A stretch of 64,000 nucleotides of DNA from Octopus sinensis (taxonomy: Eukaryota). The stretch is from NCBI RefSeq assembly GCF_006345805.1, contig NC_042999.1, forward strand, positions 17,980,001-18,044,000, written 5' to 3'. Positions 53,813-64,000 of this stretch are shown here, piece after piece. The position numbers and the translations under genes were made by a program. The notes under the pieces are model-generated. The model saw only the letters and a list, made by a program, of their open reading frames with translations. It was not told the origin of the DNA and ran no database searches. Position 1 is the first letter of the stretch. Every line of letters starts with the position of its first letter.

Positions 53813-54861
53813 TTGTTTAAGAACCTGGGAGACTCGGCTGAAAGAATTACAAAAACAAGTAGGAAAAAATCGGCAAATCTTGCAAAAAATCACATTAACG
53901 ATGTATCTAATAGTAAGTGATGTATTAAATGCACTTAGGCATGTTTTAGAAATGCTTTAGACATATTTTATACAGTACGATCTACAATTAAGTGTAAAAA
54001 TACATCGGGTCGATGTACAGAAGAATTTGAGTTGGACATGTTATCTCATTTAAAATATATTGGGTACAAATATGAGGAGTAACAGCAAAGCTGAAATTGA
54101 GTATGATTTCGTGGAACCTCATTCATAAAAATTACGAGAAAAAATCATCTGCAAATCTCCACACCACAGGAAGGAAGATTTGCTCAAGGAAAAAAATTAG
54201 AGACTATTTAGTAAAGAATAATTGAAAAGTAATATTAATATCTTCAAAAGCAAATTCTGGTACAACAAATAAAAGATCATTTTTGTATTAAGGCCATCTA
54301 AAACGTATTAACCACAGATGAAATGAAAGTCGAAATAAAAGAAAATATAGTTGAGAAAAATTTCACATGGCTACGATACTAATAATCATAAACCTGAAAT
54401 TGTGGGGAAATAATGATAATTCGGAATACCTGCTGAGAACAGTATGCATACCTGAAATTCAAATTTTGCTTCTCAGCATAATATCAAAATATTTTACAAC
54501 CTTGTAATGAAATATTGCAATTCTGCAATTGGTGATTACGCTTATGTGAAACATTATTATTACGTGCTTTGTGGAAACGTGTTCAGGTTTAGCAACAATA
54601 GAGCAACAGGTGAAATTGTTTGGGATTAGAGAGATAAAAAGGTATTGCAGTATTAGGAAATACAACCGAAAAGTGACATAAACAGCACAGGAATCAGATA
54701 ATAAGAAAGCAAATATATTCCCAATAGAAGTACAATTTGTAACAAATAATACAGAATATCGCAAACAAGCTCAGAAATTAACGAATTAATAGACTTGCGA
54801 ACGGAGATACAACAAAGTATATGATGAAAAAAGAATTCACTGTAGAATATATTGTATAGTC

Positions 54862-55280
54862 GTAGGAGTGACTGTGTCGTAAGTAGCTTGCTAACGAACC
54901 ACATGGTTCCGGGTTCAGTCCCACTGCGTGGCACCTTGGGCAAATGTTTTCTACTATAACCTCGGGCTGACCAAAGCCTTGTGAGTGGAATTCGTAGACG
55001 GAAACTGAAAGAAGCCCGACGTATATATGTATATGTTTATATATATATATGTGTACGTGTGTGTGTATATGTTTCTGCGACTGTGTTTTTCTCCCCAACA
55101 TCGCTTGACAACCGATGCTGGTGTGTTTGCGTTCCCGTAACTTAGCGGTTCGGCAAAGCAGACCGATAGAATAAGTACTAGGCTTACAAAGAATAAGTCC
55201 CGGGGTCGATTTGCTCGACTAAAGGCGGAGCTTCAGCATGGCCACAGTCAAATGACTGAAACAAGTGAATGAGTAAAGAG
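54862..55280 (+). mobile_element. SINE family A
   Basis: Matches the other family A copies. Confidence 0.9.
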
Positions 55281-56442
55281 TACCTTTGAAATGATAACAT
55301 ATATCTGATGATAACTACATAAAAAATAATCTAATACTAACAAATATGGGAAATATAAAGAATGTGCCACGTCAATATAGCATACACGTATTAATTAGAT
55401 CGACTTTATTAAAACATGAAATATAATCCAAAATGAAATGATGGATAAGAACTCAAAGAGATAAGCACGAAAATAAGTTCAAAGCACATTATCAAATGTT
55501 AGATTATGGATATATGAATTCAGATAAATACCGTTTAGCACCGGATCACCCAGGAAACGTATATGTTGTGTTAGTGGTATTCTCATTATCACGGAATTTT
55601 CATCAGTAACATGTATATTTATGTACAGGTGCTAGTTCTCTCACAATACACAATCAAGAGGGAAAGGTGATGATAACATGGAACATGCACCGAAAAACTG
55701 CAATGGAACATTGATTATGGCCATAAATGTTAGGTGCTACTTTAAACCCTTCATACACGCTGTCACCGTACAAGCGATCAATGAGTTTGACGCTGGAAAG
55801 AAATACTCTCACATACAACTGATAACGAAAACAAAACTGTAAGAGATTTCATGGCGAGTAAAACGTATTCAGGCACACAATGAATATCAACATATACGAT
55901 TAAATTTGTTGTTAAGGTTATCTTTACAGATATTCGATAGAAATTATAGTTCTTGTTTTTCGTCACGCCGTTTCATATCCAAGACGTCAGATGTCAACAA
56001 ATAACGAGAAAGACGAAAAAACCTTTATGGGCGTATATGCCATATTTCGTGGGGATGGGGGGGCACTCGTCCTTCAGCACCAATCTAACCCTTTAAGGGT
56101 TATATGGGTGCCTTTCTTCATCTTCGTTCTCATTGTTAGTTTACATCTGACGTATCAAATATCAAACGTTGTAATAACAAAAATCAGTGCTGGGTATAAT
56201 TTCTATTAAATATCTGTAGAGATAACCATAACAAGTGATATAAAGTGTAACGCCCACGCAGTAGAACGCGGAATTTACTCATAAATCCGTTTACTATGTT
56301 TTATGTTTGCATAAGGATATACCGCGTAACTAAAAATTGTTAGGTATATTTTGGCTTGACCATCAACTTGTAAAAACGGCATTAATATCTATTGCCTGCC
56401 AAACACAGAATAATCTGTGAGAGCCACCATAAAGCAATTATA

Positions 56443-56630
56443 TACAGTGTGGATTTCGTTCCTCCAAGGGCACAGCTGATTGTATCCTTACTGTCAGACA
56501 ATTATAAGAAAAGTGCATTGAACAGAATCTTGCTCTATACCATTGCTCTTTTGATTTGAGCAAAGCATTCGATAATGTTAATCGAACTGCTCTGAGGCTA
56601 ATTCTAAGGAAAATAGGTTGCCCAGATAAA
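56443..56630 (+). pseudogene. RTE-clade LINE RT fragment
   Basis: QCGFRSSKGTADCILTVRQL*EKCIEQNLALYHCSFDLSKAFDNVNRTALRLILRKIGCPDK. Confidence 0.85.
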
Positions 56631-57074
56631 TAATCTAATGCTTATAAATATGGGAAATATAGAGAATATGCCACTTCAATAAGCCTTAACACCATCATGG
56701 CAGCTGATTTGTCTTTCTAAACCAGACAATCTTTCTAAATTGCACGTTATCATACACATTACAACATTACATACATCTGAACTTGATATAAAAGCTGCAA
56801 AGTGGGATTGTTGGAAGTTATTTACTAATTCAGTAAATGGAATGAATAATTATGGTATTCCTAATAGCAAAGCCTACACTACGGAAATACACATTGAATA
56901 GCATTAATATCTTATAGCCAAAGAGAATAATCCGTGAGAGGCACCATAAAGCAATTATATACATTTCATATAATATGTTGAACATAGTCACTATCAACAA
57001 AATTTGTAAGTTTCTCAAAACATGTAATTTATAAACCAGAGGTGAAAGAACATACTAATAACAGTTTCAGATTT

Positions 57075-57280
57075 TGAAACTACGCCAGCAATTTTGTGGG
57101 AAGAGAGGAGGGGTCACATACATCGATCCCAGTGCTGAACAGGTATTTATATTATCGGCCCAGAAAGAATTAAAAATCAAGTCGATCTCGGTGGAATTTG
57201 CACTCAGAATGTAAAGCGACAAGCAATGTCAGTACACCACTTCTCAACTATGCTACATATTTTACCAGCTCACCGCCTTA
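57075..57280 (-). mobile_element. SINE family B variant, diverged
   Basis: aagtcgatctcggtggaatttgcactcagaatg...ccagctcaccgcc. Confidence 0.7.
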
Positions 57281-57559
57281 AATATTGAAGTGATATCAAA
57301 AACAATATTATATACAAAACGAATATTAGATTATCTACTATTCACTCAAAAATGTACCATTCTAAATTGCACACTATCATACACATTACAACGTTACATA
57401 CATCTGAAATGGTGGTGGAACGGAGAATTGCATGAAATTTTTGATACGCATAATAAAAAGCCATAGATTTTAAGAATATAAACCAGAACGTTAGTAGACT
57501 CGGAGAACGGATCACACGAGTTACAAAATATTTAGACGCATACACAAACACAGATACAG

Positions 57560-58730
57560 ACAGGCACGCAGATTACACATCCGATTTGGACCTAAAACAG
57601 GCCATGAAACATAGTCCTTTCCAAATCTTGCATTGAAATTTCTCAATATGACCAGCTTGTCAGAAATTGATACTTTCCTCAATAATTGTGCTAGTTCATC
57701 ATAAAACTGTCCTACAGTTTCCACAGAATGGGACATTATTGGTGCAAAAATACTGACAGCGGTAAGAAACGTAGCTTGAGTCAGTTTAATGCGGCATGAC
57801 GTGATCCGTTCAGATACACCATATGGAAACTCTGCAATGGAGGATGCTAATGTGTTGTTGAGAGCAAACCCAACACAAGATTCTCTAAGCTGACACGTAC
57901 GTAGGCCTCTCCAAATGATAGTATATCCATAAGTAGGTTCATTTACTTGAGCCTCACTAGAGAGATGAGCTTCAGAGAGAGCAACTATATCAAGGGAATA
58001 TTATTTAAGCTCACATGCGATAGTGCAGTACAGTTATCTGGCCTCTTGCTGAAATTATCATCAAGAAGTGTATGCACATTCCAAAAGCCAAACTTCGAAG
58101 GAAGTTTATTTTTACTTTTTCTTGAAGATTGCTTGAACACAGTGGCAGGATGACGACCGCGTTCAGCATGTGATACACTGGGACACTTGCCGAGTTAGAC
58201 CTGTTCCCCAGACTTTTCCAAGCCTGTCTTGTCGTTTACTGGAACTGTCTGAGACATTTTAGAGTAAGTTAGAAGTGCATTTTTAGGTTTCTACCAACCA
58301 ACCAACCAATTCAATGATTTTAGTAAGATTTGGTGTACAGGAAGTACCTGTTCAGATGAATAATTTTCAGTGGGTGTAGCTTGCACTGCACTAATCCCAT
58401 CTATTGGCCCAAAAGGAGTTTCGCCGGGGTGGCATGAACATTGGCAAAACCAGGAACTTCCAAGGCCTCAGGTATGAAAGACCGACGCGGAGTAGCTCAT
58501 TCACACAAAACAAAATAAAATAAAAAGAAAGAAAAGTAAGATATGTGATTTGAAAATGTAAATAAGAACTATATATATATAAATATAAAAAAGTAAAAGA
58601 CATTTAATAAATATAAATATGTATATAAAAGTAAAAATATACATATATACATATAAAAATAAAAATAAAAATAAAAATTAAATAAGAATATATATACATA
58701 TAAAGTAAAGTATGCAATTGAAAGATATAA

Positions 58731-58801
<71 letters not shown>

Positions 58802-59035
58802 AGTAGAAATATAGATATATATACATGTAAGAAAAGGATATATACATATTTACAGACATTTGTTGGATGGCCATGCACTGTTCAGAAGTTTCTCCTATTT
58901 TTCCTCCCGCAGGGTGTCCACCAACACCCTCCTCACCAAGCAAGCCTGGTGGGGTTGGCAGTTTAGTCACCGACGATCCTACCATGCGACAGGTTGTATT
59001 GGATTACATGTTACCAGTAGCACTCAAGAGCGATA
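57560..59035 (-). mobile_element. 5' part of an RTE-clade LINE (5' UTR + APE fragment), interrupted by an AT-rich microsatellite at ~58505-58855
   Basis: FYDELAQLLRKVSISDKLVILRNFNARFGKD..W.VLG (APE motif GDFNARVG). Upstream ttgcttggtgaggagggtg...ggacaccc resembles RTE 5' UTRs. Confidence 0.7.
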
Positions 59036-59254
59036 TGACATCTTTTTTTTCCTTATCTGTCTATATATATGTATAGTTTTACTTGTATATTCTTACTGTT
59101 ATACATATTATTTTATATCTATCAATTGCATATCAATAAACAAACATACATACATACATGCATACATGCATGCATGCATACATACATACATACATGCATG
59201 CATACATACATACATACATACATACATACATACATGAATGCATACATACATACA

Positions 59255-60142
<888 letters not shown>

Positions 60143-61647
60143 ATATATATATATATTTATGTAAACGCAATGAAAAGTTTTTTGCGCATCATTGATTGTT
60201 ATCACCTTTCCCTCAACTAGTCCTTTGCTTCTGATTCTTACTCAGATTATCACTTCTGGTTATCACTTACTGATTAACTATTTATGTGAAATTTCTGGTG
60301 AGCAATTGTTTATATGATATGTATAGAAATCGACCAGTAAGAACTCCCGGTACAATAAAAGAGGACTGGAATTATGACGTACATTTACTAACTAATAACT
60401 TGACTATAATTTGGAAATTTTAGGGAAATTAAGTTCATTTTACTTAAATATTCCTGTACTGGTAGTAAATATGTTTAAATATCTGAACGACACAATAATT
60501 TAATATTATACTTGAATGGTAGGCATTTAGCCTGGTTGTACATGTATTAGTTGATGCTTATACTGAAAGTAGGTAAACTTATATTAATCACAATATTCTC
60601 TTGTGATTCTGACGCTGCTACAAGAGCAGAGCAGTTTCATAGCGCTTAATTATTAGGAATACAATTTATTTCATTAAATTTGTCATGAAGACAGTACATA
60701 GATTGGGTAGCTTTGTGGGTGTGACAAGACATTAATGAGATGAATGATAATGATATGATACCAGGATTATAAGGATGAGAGAAGACAGGAAGCGCCCGCC
60801 GACCTTCCGCTTCTCTATAGCATTGTTTTTTAACAATACATTTCATGAGGCAATGAAACTCTTACAATCGTCTAAAACGACAACAATATTAATCATTATA
60901 CATATATACATATTTCGGCGCAAAGCCTATTCTTCTTTGCCACCGACCAGGCTGTAAGCTGCCCATAGGTACTGCTCTGGATCCCGGTCGGTGTCCCAAA
61001 AGTCGACTATTAGGAATACACTTTACCGTAATGAGTCGTTGCATTGACAATTTACGAAATGCACTTAAACCAGATCTTTACCGCTGTTTCGAACGGACTA
61101 TGACTGGTTGATGAAGCAATCTAAATATCAACAAGCATTCATTTTCATAGCACCGCACAGGACAGCTGTTCCGGTGTATGTTTCTGATAACTCCAAGTAT
61201 ACCGAGCATAATCTATCATATTATTACCCACATGCTTATTATTATTTTTCCAGCGGAAGCGTAACAAGGATTTCAAATGTTGAACATGCTTCTGTGTTTC
61301 CTGTCTGTGTGATTTGTAATGAAAGTTTCTTTGTGTGATGGTGCGTACATTACAGCAATAACGATAGATATCCGTTTGAGTGTATTTGAAGGCTAAGAAT
61401 AGTGAGTAGAATTGCCTATGATTTTCAAAACCAAACTAGGTCAGCGATATGATAGATAGAGTCTCCTTTAAAAAATTCTTTTTGAAGGAAGCATGGACTA
61501 AATTGATTAAAGGTCGCTGCCCGATTAATTAATGCACTTCAGTATTGGAAACGCATAATATAATTAAAGAATAAAACAAAATATAGGCAAATGCATATAT
61601 TTATACATAAATTTAAACGCTCACAAACACACACACACACGTACATG

Positions 61648-61704
<57 letters not shown>

Positions 61705-61882
61705 ACGTATGCATATATGTATATGCTTTTATAAATACATGTACACATATACGTGTATATATATTTATAATATAAGCGCACATATTCATATTGTAACGCA
61801 CACACATATGTAAACACACAGGCAGTTAGCCACACGTACATGTTCAAACAGATACATGTATAGAGAGAGAATGACAGAGAGT

Positions 61883-61917
<35 letters not shown>

Positions 61918-62859
61918 GAAAACGGGAAAGAGGGAGAGAAGCAAAAATTTTGAAGAAAAGATAATTAACGTTACATTGGCAGTCTCTGAATGAGAGATGG
62001 AATAAGCGATACGCAGAAAGATGAAGTCCACTAGATGGTATACGGTGTAGGCGTAGAGTGGATTTGTTGAAGAACAAATCAATTAATCACCGATGATTGT
62101 GATGGTTAGACAGATTTACTGATCGATACATCAGGCAAGCAACGCGATGACTGTGTAAAAGGACAGATCAATAGATAAAAGTCTAAGTAGCTGCCTGAAA
62201 GAAAGACAGGGTGCTTCATGCCAAAACACCACTAAATAGAAGGACTAATCGATGTATAATACAAATAGGCAGTGATGAGTTGAGGGAAAGAAGCAATTAA
62301 CGCGTAATATTGATACTGGTTTTATTGACTCAACAAACGCCTAGATATGTGTATAAATTAATCTCCGTATGGTTTCCTCGTGTTTTCCCTCTGTGCTTGC
62401 ATTCACACATTTTCTCCTCTGCGTGTTAAATCGTGTCATCAAAGGGATGAATTTGGGTTACTTAAGCATAGGTTTCTGATGCATTTACATGTAGTGGACC
62501 ATTAAAACCAGGAGTAAATCGAGTTGCTGCTTCTATTATCATGTGCGTCCTATCTGCTTGCCATATCTACTCAAATAAATCATCACTAACAGGCAACGTG
62601 TAACTTGTAAATATATAATACACGTTGCTGCTGCATGATAGATTACATCTGATACCATATGGAAGTGTTGTACAGAATTACATAATATAAGCAACTACCA
62701 ATGTATGTCAATGGTTGAGTTTACATAATTTATTTCAGCTATCGCAAGCATATAGCTATACACATTAGGCAGCAGGTCATTGATAACCAATAGAGATTTG
62801 ATTATTTTTACGCTCAAAAATGTTAGCATTTCTTTTAGAAATTACGCATCGAAATATTA

Positions 62860-63650
62860 TTTTCTACTCCAGGCACAAAGCCCGAATTTTGGGGTGCGTG
62901 GGAGAGTTAGATTAGATTAACTTCACTACGCAACTGGTATTTAATTTATCGACCCCGAGAGGATGAAACGCATAGTCGACCTCCGTAGAATTTGAACTCA
63001 GAACGTAAAAAACAGACGAAATGCTAAGAACTTCGTCCGGCGTGCTAACGTTTCTTATTTCTTTATTGTCCATAAGGAACTACACACAGAGGGGACAAAC
63101 AACGACAGATAAAGGAGTGAAGTCGATTACATCGACCCTAGTGCGGATCTGGTACTTAATTTATCAACCCCGAAAGAATGAAAGGCAAAGTCGACCTCGG
63201 CGGAATTTGATCTTAGAACATAGTGGCAGACGAGATAACTATTTCTTTACTACCCACAAGGGGCTAAACACAGAGGGGACAGACAGACAAATGGATCATG
63301 TTGATTATATCGACCCCAGTGCGTAACTGGTACATATTAAATCGACCCCGAAAGGATGAAAGGCAAAATCGACCTCGGCGGAATTTGAACTCAGAACGTA
63401 GCGGCAGACGAAATACCTATTTTTTTACTACCCATAAGGGGCTAAACACAGTGGGGACAAAAAAGGACAGACAAACGGATTAAGTCGATTACATCGACAC
63501 CAGTGCGTAACTGGTGCTTAATTTATCGACCCCGGAAGAATGAAAGGCAAAGTCGACCTCGGTGGAATTTGAACTTAGAACGTAAAAGCAGACGAAATAC
63601 TGCTAACCATTTTGCCAGGCGTGCTAACATTTCTGCCAGCTCGGCGCTTT
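62860..63650 (-). mobile_element. Concatemer of about four SINE family B units
   Basis: Four gtcgacctc(g/c)g cores with restarts at gacgaaatacctatttc. Confidence 0.85.
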
Positions 63651-64000
63651 TACGCTTCCAAATATTAAAAAAAAGGCGTATTGCATAGAATATATGACTT
63701 TGTTGAACTGATAGATGAACTTGAAGAACTGATAGATGTTCAGTAATATTTTCAGACTTATATTAAAATCTATACTCATATATAAGGATACTATATTCTA
63801 TAATACTAGGCCAAGATATATAATAATGATATTAGCATAAATATGTTAATTTTAAACGAGGGTCATTTGTAAGTAGACATAAAGTAATTGTTATGCAATT
63901 ATTAAGACAATAGTGTCTGAATTAAAAGAAAAGAACTTTTGTATTAGATTAAAATAAGATCAATCAATATATTTTCTAAAATTACTTTCACGCCCATATA

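Noticed and set aside
53363-53960. Acidic/basic poly-E/D/K ORFs
   Set aside because: Pure trinucleotide repeat, open in several frames, with no complex domain.
58950-59035. HDV-like ribozyme at the RTE 5' end
   Set aside because: P3/L3-like and CTAA motifs are suggestive, but I could not pair P2 or a proper P1.

Overview
This is AT-rich, repeat-dense eukaryotic DNA. The SINE families and microsatellite style look like Octopus or another cephalopod (recognition from memory, not a database result). I could not support any host protein-coding gene, and most ORFs in the track (IYIY, HTHT, poly-N/L/E) are translated microsatellites. The window holds a near full-length but frameshifted Tx1/L1-clade LINE (~32.3-37.4 kb, minus), R4/Dong-type REL-endonuclease LINE fragments in (AAT)n tracts, RTE fragments, Penelope-like (PLE) RT and GIY-YIG remnants (11.2-13.5 kb), and at least four SINE families. 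The main observation is about 11 type-I hammerhead ribozyme (HHR) motifs, intact or degenerate, from roughly 8 unrelated short element families. Most of these elements end 3' in a (TA)n tract, and several have 360-480 bp units with terminal redundancy or tandem copies plus an inverted 5' fragment, which resembles PLE pseudo-LTR/retrozyme architecture. One family has a compensatory G3-C8 catalytic core (GUGAACA) in both copies. All folds were done by eye and none has been tested.
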